Shown here piece after piece: positions 29,136 through 41,659 of a stretch of DNA of 64,000 nucleotides. Each line of letters starts with the position of its first letter. The first letter of the stretch is position 1. Position numbers and translations under genes: made by a program. The notes under the pieces are model-generated. The model was not told the origin of the DNA. It did no database searches and saw nothing but the letters and a program-made list of their open reading frames with translations. The stretch is from Eledone cirrhosa (taxonomy: Eukaryota), in the NCBI GenBank assembly GCA_964016885.1, contig OZ024762.1:26474001-26538000 (forward strand), in the 5' to 3' direction.

Positions 29136-29911
29136 GTGAAAGAAGAGGAAAAAGAGGAGACGAGGGAAGCACCTACTCTTTGTGCTCCTGAGGAGAAGGG
29201 TTGCACATTTTTTCCGGGGTGTGTGCGACCCATGTTAATGCCCCCTCCCTATTGAGGACTTCGTTTGTTGTTGTTATTTCATTGTTATATTTTTGTACTC
29301 GTTAATTATATATGTAAACTCCCCCCCCCCCTTGTATCCGTCCCTACCTTTTGTGCCCTGGTGGCAAATAAAGAAATTACTCTATATAAATTATTGTATT
29401 TTCATGGTAAAGGCTTTAGCTCTCATAATTATGTCACATAACATTTACATTACTCTATATATACTATTGTATTTTCACAGTAAAGGCTTTACCTCACATA
29501 ATTATCTCACATACCCTTTACATTACTCTATATATACTATTGTATTTTCACAGTAAAGGCTTTACCTCACATAATTATCTTACATAATATTGAATCTATG
29601 AAATTTGGATATTATTTCTTTTGAGAACAATACTTTAACATAAGTATGAGCAGCTGGTTATAGCCAATTTGAACAGAAAACGGTGAAAGAATTCTGGCCG
29701 GATAAGGCCGGTTTAAATGCTACAGGGTTAACTTTGGAAAGGTTTGGAAAGATTTTCTGATTTTCTTTGGAAAGATTTTCTGACTTTCTCTTGGAATAAT
29801 TAATATGTCCCAGGATGGTCGTGTATTAAAACCTGGACACAGTTGGATCGATGGCGGATTATGGACATTGCACCATATATGGTTAGATAATGTCAAATGT
29901 CGTTGTGTTTC

Positions 29912-30209
29912 TGGTGGTGGTGGTGGTGGTGGTGTGGGAGTTGTGATGGTGTTGTTGGTGGTGGTGGTGGTGCTGATGCTGCTCCTGCTGCTGCTACTGG
30001 TGATGGTGGTGGTGGTAGTGCTGACGGTGCTGGTGGTGACAGTGGTGGTGGAGGTGGTCGTGGTGGTGTTGTGGTGGTGGTGTTCGTGTTGGTGGTGGTG
30101 CTGGTGCTGGTGGTGACAGTGGTGGTGGTGGTGGTTGTAGTGGTTGTGGTGCTGGTGGTGGTGGTGGTGATGCTGGTGGTGGTGGTGGTGGTGGTGGTGG
30201 TGGTGGTTG

Positions 30210-30240
<31 letters not shown>

Positions 30241-30362
30241 GGTGGTGGTGGTTGTGGTGGTGGTGGTGGTGGTGGTGGTGGTTGTGGTGGTGGTGGTGGT
30301 GGTTGTGGTGGTGGTGGTGGTGGTGGTACATGCTGTTTTTACCGTGGTGATGGTAGTGGTGG

Positions 30363-30393
<31 letters not shown>

Positions 30394-30425
30394 GGTGGTG
30401 GTGGTTGTGGTGGTGGTGGTGGTGG

Positions 30426-30456
<31 letters not shown>

Positions 30457-30870
30457 GGTGGTGGTGGTGGTGGTACATGCTGTTTTTACCGTGGTGGTAG
30501 TAGTGGTGGTGCTGCTGCTGTTGCTGGTCAGTTAGAGGGTGTAGTGGTGATGACGGGCGGGGTTTTCTCAGTGGAGGTGTTGGTGGTGGTGGTGGTGGTG
30601 GTGCTGGTGGTGCTGGTGGCTGTGATGCCAGTGGTAGAAGCTGTGTTGGTGATGATGATGTTCATGGTATTTTTCCTTTTGTTGTTTTTGTTGTTGGTGG
30701 TGTTAGTGCTGGTGGTAGTGGTGGTAGTGGTGGTTATTGTGATAATGGCGGTGGTTGTGATTGTGATGATGTTGTTGGTGGTGGTGTTGTTGTTGTTGGT
30801 GGTGGCGGAGCTGGTGGTTTGTGTTGTTGGTGTTGTTATTGTTATTGGTGCTGGTGGTGGTGATGCTGGT
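29912..30870. repeat. (GGT)n compound microsatellite
   Basis: Read directly from sequence. Confidence 0.95.
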
Positions 30871-30879
30871 AGAGGTACG

Positions 30880-31400
30880 AGGGAGGAAAAATCGATTGAA
30901 TCAACCCAAGTACATTACTGGTACTTTATTAAAATGAAAGGCAAAGCTATCCGCGGCGGGATTTGAACTCTGATAGCAAAAGGGCCGTAACTCTGTACTA
31001 TAAATTATGTTGTCTGACACTCTACCAATATTGTCTCACAATTATGATAATGTTTTATTATTTAGGCACAAGGCCAGCAATTTTGGGGGAGGGGAATGTC
31101 AATTAAATCGAAGCCAGTGTATTACTGGTACTTTATTTTATCGATCCTTTAAGAATAAAAGAGAAAGTTATCCTCGACGGGATTTGAACTCAGAACGGAA
31201 AAGAGCGAAACTCTGTGCTATAAATTATGTTGTCCGATACTCTAACGATACTTCGTATAAATAATGGTTTCTGATCTAGGCACAAGGTCAGCAATTACCC
31301 CAGTGTATTACTGGTACATTATTTTATCGACCACATAAGGATGAAAGGCAAAGTTAAAAACCTCCGTGCGATTTGAACTCAGATCGTGCCGAGGTTAACT
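30880..31400 (-). mobile_element. Cluster of three degenerate SINE copies
   Basis: Repeated attactggtactttattt...gatttgaactc, the reverse complement of the SINE core and B-box. Confidence 0.75.
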
Positions 31401-31870
31401 TTGTCTTTAGGATACTGCCACTGGGAATGTGTCCGGCGCGCTACTGATTCTGTCAAGCCACAGAACTTAGCCACTTATGCTTATAATACAACGAGTAAGA
31501 AGATTTAACCAAATATATTTATATTAGGAATAATAATGGGATTAGTTTTAGAGAAATTCTTAATGGACAAGAGATTATCAAGTTGAAATGGTGAGAGTTT
31601 AAAATATCGAGCTTTATAGGATTAGCATTTCTCGTTGCATTAATAAGAACTCGTTCTGTTCGTGTGTGGCGTTATTTCTTTCGTCGTTCCATCGTTCTTG
31701 TCCCTAGCCACAGCCTATTGGTAAATGGATTGCTTGGGGTCGACAATTGACCGTCTCTTCCTTTGCACCGTCATATATATATATATATATATGAGACAGA
31801 AAGAGAGACTGAGAGAGAGCGAGAGAGTGAATTATAACATTGTATATTTAGTCTTCAAATTTATTATTAT

Positions 31871-31928
<58 letters not shown>

Positions 31929-31997
31929 GAGAGAGAGAGAAAGAGAGAGAGAGAAAGGGAGAGCGAGAAACTGAATAATGCTATAATTATCCCTCTT

Positions 31998-32034
<37 letters not shown>

Positions 32035-32039
32035 GTGTG

Positions 32040-32115
<76 letters not shown>

Positions 32116-32416
32116 ATAACATTATTCAGTTTCCGTTAGTGTAATCAATTAATTTGATTACTTAACAAGAATCAGAGGCCGCTTAGGGTAGTCTTTTACT
32201 CAACGGTCGAATTATTTCATTTGGTAAATCCTGTGGTAGTTACGCTAAAGGTTCCAGGTTCTACAATTTACGGAATATAGAAATTTACAAAATGATTATT
32301 TAAATCATCAGAATCCAGGAGATTGGCAATAACTGTTATTGCTATAAATGTTGTTCCCAATCTCCTGGATTTTGATGTTTTAAATGATAGATTTGTAAAT
32401 TTCTCTCAGTCTGTAC

Positions 32417-32539
<123 letters not shown>

Positions 32540-32580
32540 CGAAACATAAGTCAATTGCATGAACTCATAATCCTTTATTT

Positions 32581-32636
32581 ACTGCTATATATATTTCGAT
32601 GATAGCCATTCAGTGGCTATGACCTCATCAGGTAGT
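32581..32636 (-). ncRNA. Type I HHR motif with long stem II; homologous degenerate copy at about 34915-34977 (-)
   Basis: actac-CTGATGA-ggt c atagcca ctgaa tggctat c atc-GAAA-tatata-TA-gcagt. Second copy has stem II ggtcatagct/ggttatcacc. Confidence 0.6.
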
Positions 32637-32692
32637 TAGTCAGTTTTAATATATGCCAGCTCTGTGTTTATGGTGTTGATTGTATCAGAGCC

Positions 32693-32752
<60 letters not shown>

Positions 32753-33530
32753 ATTAGAACCCTGTAACCATTAAGCTCTAAGTATAAAGTACAAATAAAT
32801 ACTGAGCCGATTAACAATATATAGTAAGAAACACAGTAAACCGTGTGTCTAAAATTACAAGGGTTGAAAAACCACATATGCTTGAAATATTTAACCAAGA
32901 AACAGACAGAATGACAAAATGAAAATAAAAATATATTATCATAATAATACAAACCGCCTCAATAACCATTATATCTCTCGGACAGATTATCCCTTGTTGT
33001 GACTCAGAACCCCAATAGATTAACAACATCTAGACAGGAAGTAGAACCCTTTCTGTAACTTCCAGTCAGAACCCTATAAAACTAACAACTTTAAGTTCTC
33101 ACTCTCTCATTTGCCCTTCTGGCGCCTGGCCTTCGCCAGGCGTCTTCTGCCAGCCGCGTTTGCCTGGCAATCAAAACGGTAACTACTAACTTTGCTTCAT
33201 TCTTTCGTTTATTCATTGACATGTCAACTATACTGTTAAATTGTTGATTAAATATTATACACACAAACCATGTCTCCTTGTTACATTCATACAACCCAGT
33301 ATCTCGCTATATGTGTGTGTGCGTTTGTGTGTGTATAAGATAGAAAGCTTTTTCAACTTTTGTTTTCAAACAGCGGAGAAGTTGAAATTAGTGAAAATAG
33401 TGCTGCCGCTGTATATTTGACTAAGCAAATTAACTCCAAATTATTGAGCTAATATACTTAGTCAAAAATACAACTGTGGCACTATTTCTTTCATTATACA
33501 TATATATGCGATTCTCGCGGAATCTTTATT

Positions 33531-33603
<73 letters not shown>

Positions 33604-33610
33604 GTATATA

Positions 33611-33646
<36 letters not shown>

Positions 33647-33818
33647 GAAAATCTACGCACCTGTTGGATTTCAGTTCAATTCATTACTATGATTTCCCAG
33701 TCAGTTAGCTTAATAACTGAATGGTTGTTTAGATGGTGATTCTGATAAAACTTTTTCGTCACACATTATGAGATCTCCTCAATAACTACTTTATTTAATT
33801 CTCTCTCCCTCTCTTTCG

Positions 33819-33876
<58 letters not shown>

Positions 33877-33880
<4 letters not shown>

Positions 33881-34818
33881 AAATGGGGAGAAGAATACTG
33901 CTGGTTGCACATGGATAACATGTAATAAAATAATATAAGTCCCTCATCAGTGATTTGCCGACGATCATAGATATTTCATTGCATTAAAAATCATATACCT
34001 CACGTCGGTGCAATAATAACTAAATTAAGTTATTAGGACAATTAAAACGCGTAAAGCGAGTGAGACGAGATAACAACAAAGAGGATAGCTAACCGTAGAA
34101 GGAAGGGAACAAGCTTCATAGTTATTCTGTTAGCATAAGCTAGGTGAATATATGAGCGCTTAGAAAATAGACCTTTCAGCAGCGAATTCAAATGTGAGTG
34201 AGAAAGAAAATGATTTCGTCGCGAACGGGGTGAAGTGAGAAGAGGAGAAACAGTGAGTGAGTGAGTGGAAGTGTGAGGAAGAGTTAACGGACATGACAGA
34301 GGGGGCGAGAGAAAGTAGGAGAAACAGAGGGAGCAGTAAGAGAGAGAGAGAGAGAAAAAAAACAGAAGCGCAGTATAGGTAAATATACGTGAAAAAATGG
34401 GGAGAAGAATACTGCTGGTTGCACATGGATAACATGTAATAAAATAATATAAGTCCCTCATCAGTGATTTGCCGACGATCATAGATATTTCATTGCATTA
34501 AAAATCATATACCTCACGTCGGTGCAATAATAACTAAATTAAGTTATTAGGACAATTAAAACGCGTAAAGCGAGTGAGACGAGATAACAACAAAGAGGAT
34601 AGCTAACCGTAGAAGGAAGGGAACAAGCTTCATAGTTATTCTGTTAGCATAAGCTAGGTGAATATATGAGTGCTTAGAAAAAAAGACCTTTCAGCAGCGA
34701 ATTCAAATGTGAGTGAGAAAGAAAATGATTTCGTCGCGAACGGGGTGAAGTGAGAAGAGGAGAAACAGTGAGTGAGTGAGTGGAAGTGTGAGGAAGAGTT
34801 AACGGACATGACAGAGGG

Positions 34819-34822
<4 letters not shown>
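33877..34822. repeat. Tandem 514-bp repeat (about 1.8 units) flanked by (TA)n
   Basis: gaaaaaatggggagaag at 33877 and 34391; near-identical units. Confidence 0.9.
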
Positions 34823-34861
<39 letters not shown>

Positions 34862-35093
34862 ATGAAGTACAAGTCAACAACTCATAATACAATTCGTTTA
34901 TTCATAGTCGGTGTTTATATATTTATATATATTTCGGTGATAACCGTTTTGCAATAGCTATGACCTCATCAGACAGCCAGACGTTGAACAGAAGAAACAG
35001 ACAACCAGAATGATGAAATGAAGCTTACTTATCTTGTTTTGATTCATTGATATGCTCCGGGCTGAAAATTTGGTGTTGCCTTCTCAAAGCTGT

Positions 35094-35138
<45 letters not shown>

Positions 35139-35493
35139 AAATTCAATTCTACGAAAACAAGGATCAACGGGTTATGTCTTCGTTGTAGTAATGAAGGTAA
35201 TAAGTTATTAAAACAAGTCCCATCGACTGAGTTCTCTAAACCTTAGATACCTTTACCAAGCCATTACTTCACTACATTCATGAGTGTGGTTATGTGTGTA
35301 TGGGGAGAGAGTTAGGAAAGGAAATACATGTTAATTTCTATATATATATATATTAGAAAGTGAGGTTTTTTTACAAAATAAAAAAAAACGAGGTGTCCTA
35401 CACGAGTGAAAGTATAAGGAAAAATGATGAAATCGAAAATGCAACTGGAGTCTTTAAAAAAAATGTATTTATTTGGTACATTTACCATCTCAA

Positions 35494-35537
35494 TTCTACT
35501 TTTGAAAAGCAGAAGAACTGCGAAACCGGTAAAGGAA
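35494..35537 (+). ncRNA. Type I HHR with U3:A8 core (UUGAAAA); second copy at 60014-60057 (-)
   Basis: ttctactt-TTGAAAA-gcag aagaa ctgc-GAAA-ccgg-TA-aaggaa. Palindromic stem III accggt. Lies within a fold-back element 35412-35606. Confidence 0.65.
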
Positions 35538-35599
35538 CCAAATAAATATATAACTTTAAAAAAAAATACTCTAGTTGCATTTTCGACTTCAATTTTTTT

Positions 35600-35655
<56 letters not shown>

Positions 35656-35858
35656 GCATAACACATATTTAACGAAAGTTCATGGTTTTTCACTATAGGT
35701 GTTTAACAACACACAGATACATACATACATATATACATACGCACATACACACACGCATATATAGATTAACCGTCTGGATCAGGCAAGAACTCGGCGAGCT
35801 ACTTAGGCAAATACTAATACAAACATCAGCACCCCAGCTCTGTCTAAAGATATATCTA

Positions 35859-35923
<65 letters not shown>

Positions 35924-36299
35924 ATGTATAATAACATAAGAATGTGGGAATGCAGGAATAAAATGATACAAGAATATAAGAAGGGGTTTAATGGCATGCA
36001 CTTAGTTAAACTAGGTGAGCATGAGTAGAGAGGGAGAGAGAGTGCTAGAGGGCGAGAGAGAGAGGGGGATGAGAGAGAAAGCTTTTAAGCGTACATTCTC
36101 GTCACATGCAGTTACTACTAAAAAGTTCTACTAATATGTGTGGAAATCGATATTATATTCTATATGTATGTGTTTGTGTGTCTGTGAACGTGTGCGTATA
36201 TATATATATATGTGTGTGTAGGAGTGTGTTCCCGTGTATGTATATATATATATATATATATATCTTTGTGTATTTTGTTTTGTATATATAGATATATAG

Positions 36300-36360
<61 letters not shown>

Positions 36361-36428
36361 TATATATGTAGGCATGTATGTAAGTATATATATATATGGA
36401 TGTATGGGTATATATATATGTATAAATG

Positions 36429-36462
<34 letters not shown>

Positions 36463-36675
36463 TATATATATATATGTCTGTATAAATGTATGTATGTTTG
36501 TATGCATGTATGTATGTTTGTATATATGTATGCATATTTTCCGTAACAGTAGGCAATAATATGACGCCCACTCCACCAGCCTAATATAGCACAACAGAAA
36601 GTAGATGGGCTTTTAGTCATACGGTGCATATATATATATAAATATACATATGTATACATCAGTACATGTGTATCA

Positions 36676-36779
<104 letters not shown>

Positions 36780-37359
36780 TGTATGCGATATGCCATCATT
36801 TCAAGTTAGTTCTCATTATATAATATAGTCAGACCGTCTTACGTCCAATTTAGGCTTATAATTCAATATCAATTTCATTCTAACTTTTCAAATAATTCCA
36901 TATTGTAAACTCAACGGGTTAGAAAGATTGTTAACATTCCAAATGCGAGTTCACTATGAGAGATATATGGTACGTTGGCAAACTCCGAAACCATTCTGTC
37001 AATTGTAACTAATCAGAAAAACCGTGTGATTTATACATATGATATTTCCCGTTAGAAAGTCGGAGAGAATGATTTGTGGCGTTGTTTCTTGATCTCTGTG
37101 CATTTGAATGGTCGACACATACGTTTTTAGTCCAGTTACTACCGGGGTCTATTCTTCTTGTATATTTCTTCTTTACCTCCTCTTTTATCAATTTTGTTAT
37201 ATAATACTTATATACAAACATAGACACATACACACCCATACGTCTGTGTGTATATATATATACATATATATATATATATAACGAAGGAATTGTGGTAAGG
37301 AACCAGATGGACCATAACGCACCAGAATACTCAATACTTAGGGTAGTAGAGTGGGTAAT

Positions 37360-40185
37360 AGGAAAAAGTATGACCCCCGACGGCAGAGCTCAAGCCGTTT
37401 CGACGGCTATTTCTGGACTAAATTTGAATGTTTAGCCTGGTAAATAAATAGCCGAACTTGTCAAGGGATACTTCCTTATATGGGAGGATTATAGTTGTCA
37501 AGAGGATTGGTCAAAATTTGTTGTAAACAAAAATAAATCTATCATGGCATTTGGTGGGAGGTAGGAGTGGCTGAACTTGCCTGTAGAAAATCGAGGGAGT
37601 GAGTGGAGCCGGTCAAGCATTGAAACTGAAATCTATACAGCAGATTCTAAGGATAGTGTATGAAAAGTCGAAACATTGTTCTGGAGAAAATGGAGGAGGT
37701 GAGTTTATAGAATAGGTAAGTCAAATGAGAGTAGGAGACAATAAAAATAAAAAAATATATAAAATTAGAAATGAATAAAAAAAACAAAAACAGTAGAGTC
37801 TATAAACAGCTGCTATAATTAGTAGGTGTTGCTTGTACAGCGAAAGCTATAGAAAAGGTTAATAAGATGAGAATGGAAAATACTAAATAAGAAATTGTAG
37901 AAGTGGGTAGTGAAAAAATATATAACTTTTCAGGGGTCTAACACAGCTGCTATAAATAGTTAGTACAGCGTAATCCGCCAATGCTATCTTACAATTACAG
38001 GTTAATCAGTTGAGAATAGAAAATACTAAATAAGAAATTTTGAAATTTATGAATTGGAGTAGTAACAAAAAAGATACAAAATTACAGAGGTCTAACATAT
38101 CTGCTATAAATAGTTAGTCAAGCGTATTCGGCCAATTCTATCTTAAAATTACAGGGTTGGGGGCACTGAGACTACAGAGGCCCGATTGGCTGCATCGGGG
38201 TAGGCGAAAAGGGAAAAACAGACGACGAAGAAGATCGGGGGTGGAAGGAATTGATAGGGTGATACGGGAGGAAGAAGAAAACATAGAGGAAAAGTAAAGA
38301 GGTATATCTACCTGTGTAAGCTGGGGTTTCCTCTAACTTATTCGGCAGGTGTGTGGTATCAGCCCTTGTCTACCCACCCGGGTCGTTATGGGGTTTGAGG
38401 GCGAGGTAAGTCCTACGCAATCTGTGTTTGCATGGGGTTACCAGTTCGTCTTTCTTGTTTAGGAGTTGGTCCTTCGAAAACAGCATTTGTAATGTTTGCT
38501 CCGAGCATAAGTGAGCCAAGTGAGATTGTAGGTTATATTATTATCTTTGAGGTCCCAGATGTGGCCCGAAAATCTTCTTTAGGCTCCTCGAAAAGCACTT
38601 CCCACTACAACACCGTTACCACAACATAATCAACAAAAACACCACCAAACTCTCCTACAGCACCACACCTAACTTCGCACAACACATCGTCTCTTCAAAC
38701 AACAAAAAACTCCACCCCTATGGAAGAAACAACCTAGACATCAGTGGAGAGCCGACCAGGAGGTGTAACTGCCCTGATAGATCTACGTGCCCCCTCAACA
38801 ACAGATGCCGAGAACGTAACGTGATCTACCAGTGCAACGTGAGGACGGACACCTCCAACAAAGCTTATATAGGATTAACCGCTTGTGACTTCAAGACCCG
38901 ACTCTACCAACACAGTCATACGTTCCGAAACCCGGTCCGGTGACATGCCACTACACTTTCGGGCCACAACTGGGACCTCCAAGATAATAATATAACCTAC
39001 AATCTCACTTGGAACTTACTGTCCAGAGCTAACTCTTACACGGGAGGACGCCGTCCGTGTAAGTTATCCTCGGAGGAAACATTACAAATGCTGTTGTCGA
39101 AGAACCAACTCCAAAACAAGAAAGACGAACTGGTAACCGCATGCAAACACAGATTGCGTAGGATTTACCTCGCCCTCAAACCCCATAACGACCCGGGTGG
39201 GTAGACAAGGGCTGATACCACCCACTTGCCGAATAAGTTAGAGGAAACCCCAGCTTACATAGGTAGATGTACCTCTTTTCTTTTCCTCTATGTTTTCTTC
39301 TTCCCTCCGTCTCATCCTATCACTTCCTTCCACCCCCGTTCTTCTTCCTCGTCTGTTTTTCCCCTTTCGCCTACCCCGATGCAGCCAATCGGGCCTATGT
39401 AGCCTCAGTACCCCCACCCCTGTAATTTTAAGATATAATTAAGAAGAATACGTTTGACTAACTATTTATAGCATATGTGTTAGACCCCTGTAATTTTGTA
39501 TCTTTTTTGTTACTACTCCAATTCATAAATTTCAAAATTTCTTATTTAGTATTTTCTATTCTCAACTGATTAACCTGTAATTGTAAGATAGCATTGGCGG
39601 ATTAGGTTTACTAACTATTTATAGCAGCTGTGTTAGACACCTGAAAAGTTTTATATTTTTTCACTACCCACTTCTACAATTTCTTATTTAGTATTTTCCA
39701 TTCTCATCTTATTAAACTTTTCTATAGCTTTCGCTGTACAAGCAACACCTACTAATTATAGCAGCTGTTTATAGACTCTACTGTTTTAGTTTTTTTATTC
39801 ATTTCTCACTATCTAATTTTATATTTTTTTTTATTGTCTCCTACTCTCATTTGACTTACCTATTCTATAAACTCCCCTCCTCCATTTTCTCCAGAACAAT
39901 TTTTCGACTTTTCATACATTATCCTTAGAATCTGCTGTATAGATTTCAGTTTCAACGCTTGACCGGCCCCACTCACTCCCTCATTGTTCTACAGGCAAGT
40001 TCAGCCACTCCTACCTCCCACCAAATGCCATGATAGAATTATTTGTGTTTACAACAAATTTTGACCAATCCTCTTGACAACTACAATCTTCCCATATAAG
40101 AAAGTACTCTTACCAGGCTAAACATTCAAATTTAGTCCAGAAATAGGCTTGAAACGGCTTGAGCTCTGTCACCGGGGTCATACTT

Positions 40186-40190
<5 letters not shown>
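37360..40190. mobile_element. Penelope-like element as a large inverted structure: minus arm 37360-38572, plus copy about 38590-40190 with GIY-YIG remnant
   Basis: CNCPDRSTCPLNNRC, NVIYQC, YIGLTACDFKTRLYQH at 38765-38915. The ~1.2-kb arms are reverse complements with scattered differences. Confidence 0.85.
37363..37476 (-). ncRNA. Type I HHR with U3:A8 core (UUGACAA) and branched stem II at the PLE 3' end
   Basis: gtatccc-TTGACAA-gtt cggctattt...aaatagccg tc-GAAA-cggc ttgagctct gccg-TC-ggg ggtc atac. GUC triplet. Confidence 0.65.
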
Positions 40191-40248
<58 letters not shown>

Positions 40249-40251
<3 letters not shown>

Positions 40252-41418
40252 ATGTATATATAATGTATTTTGCAATACACTTTATGCTTAATTAAAAGCA
40301 TTTTGAAGACCGTAAGCTATTGTTTTAAAGTAGTGACAAATTCACTCACTTTGATCTCAGCAAACAGGGGAGATGAGCCGACAAGACTTGTTTCGCTTTG
40401 GTTGAAGCTTATCAAGGCCAACTACCCCACCTGTCTGCTGAGATCATTGATGTTATATATATAATAATCAGGAGCTGATTATTCAGAGCGGTTGTTGGTC
40501 AGGCAGAAATTAAAAATTAGAATTGGAGCTCTAAAATAGCAATATATATATGGATGTATATATAATGTATTTTGCAATACACTTTATGCTTAATTGAAAG
40601 CATTTTGAAGACCGTAAGCTATTGTTTTAAAGTAGTGACAAAGTCACTGAGATCAAAGTGAGTGAATTTGTCACTACTTTAAAACAATAGCTTACGGTCT
40701 TCAAATAGCTTTTAATTAAGCATAAAGTGTATTGCAAAATACATTATATATACATCCATATATATATTGCTATTTCAGAGCTCCAATTCTAATTTTTAAT
40801 TTCTGCCTGACCAACAACCGCTCTGCATAATCAGCTCCTGATTATTTACTAGATTTCTATAAGAATATAACATCAATGATCTCAGCAGACAGGTGGGGTA
40901 GTTGGCCTTGATAAGCTTCAACCAAAGCGAAACAAGTCTTGTCGGCTTATCTCCCCTGTTTGCTGAGATCAAAGTGAGTGAATTTGTCACTACTTTAAAA
41001 CAATAGCTTACGGTCTTCAAAATGCTTTTAATTAAGCATAAAGTGTATTGCAAAATACATTATATATACATCCATATATATATTGCTATTTCAGAGCTCC
41101 AATTCTGATTTTTAATTTCTGCCTGACCAACAACCGCTCTGCATAATCAGCTCCTGATTATTTACTAGATTTCTATAAGAATATAACATCAATGATCTCA
41201 GCAGACAGGTGGGGTAGTTGGCGTTGATAAGCTTCAACCAAAGCGAAACAAGTCTTGTCGGCTTATCTCCCCTGTTTGCTGAGATCAAAGTGAGTGAGTT
41301 TGTCACTACTTTAAAACAATAGCTTACGGTCTTCAAAATGCTCTTAATTAAGCATAAAGTGTATTGCAAAATACATTATATATACATCCATATATATATT
41401 GCTATTTCAGAGCTCCAA

Positions 41419-41424
<6 letters not shown>
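40249..41424 (+). mobile_element. Retrozyme-like array: inverted 1.3 monomers (40249-40646) plus about 2.5 tandem 316-bp monomers, in (TA)n
   Basis: 316-bp period (cores at 40908 and 41224). Homologous to the 310-bp family. Confidence 0.85.
40877..40971 (+). ncRNA. Type I HHR with U3:A8 core (UUGAUAA); copies at 41193-41287 (+) and 40352-40446 (-)
   Basis: ggcc-TTGATAA-gctt caacca aagc-GAAA-caa gtc ttg-TC-ggct. Long stem I extension tgatctcagcagacagg/cctgtttgctgagatca. Confidence 0.75.
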
Positions 41425-41499
<75 letters not shown>

Positions 41500-41531
41500 A
41501 GATCATAAGATGGTTAAAAAGTGTTCCAAGT

Positions 41532-41600
41532 ATTTTATTATGCGCATTTCAAAAACAAATATCATCATGGGATGATATCTGCGTTCTCATCAGTTAAAAT
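41532..41600 (-). ncRNA. Type I HHR (family also at 50535-50603 - and 50664-50720 +; fragment at 12940-13103)
   Basis: CTGATGA-gaac gcagatatcatc ccat gatgatatttgt tttt-GAAA-tgcgca-TA-ataaaat. Confidence 0.75.
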
Positions 41601-41659
41601 AGGGAGACATGATATGAAGCTTAAAAAACACTTGTGAACAGTGAAGTTTTAAATTAACA

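Larger units (their letters stand above)
23813..29376 (+). mobile_element. Near full-length Tx1-clade LINE
   Basis: ORF1 with CCHC knuckle. ORF2 with APE endonuclease, RT and C-terminal Cys/His motif. aataaa at the 3' end. Confidence 0.88.

Noticed and set aside
29590-29910. Unique islands as host-gene exons (also 14200-14330, 18270-18430, 22237-22390, 61500-61700)
   Set aside because: Stops in the tested frames, no convincing splice-site pairs and no recognisable protein; cannot be excluded without RNA-seq.
40270-41369. Repeated 64-85 aa ORF MQYTLCLIKS...
   Set aside because: Antisense to the ribozyme strand, starts at TTG, and is not shared with the homologous 310-bp family.
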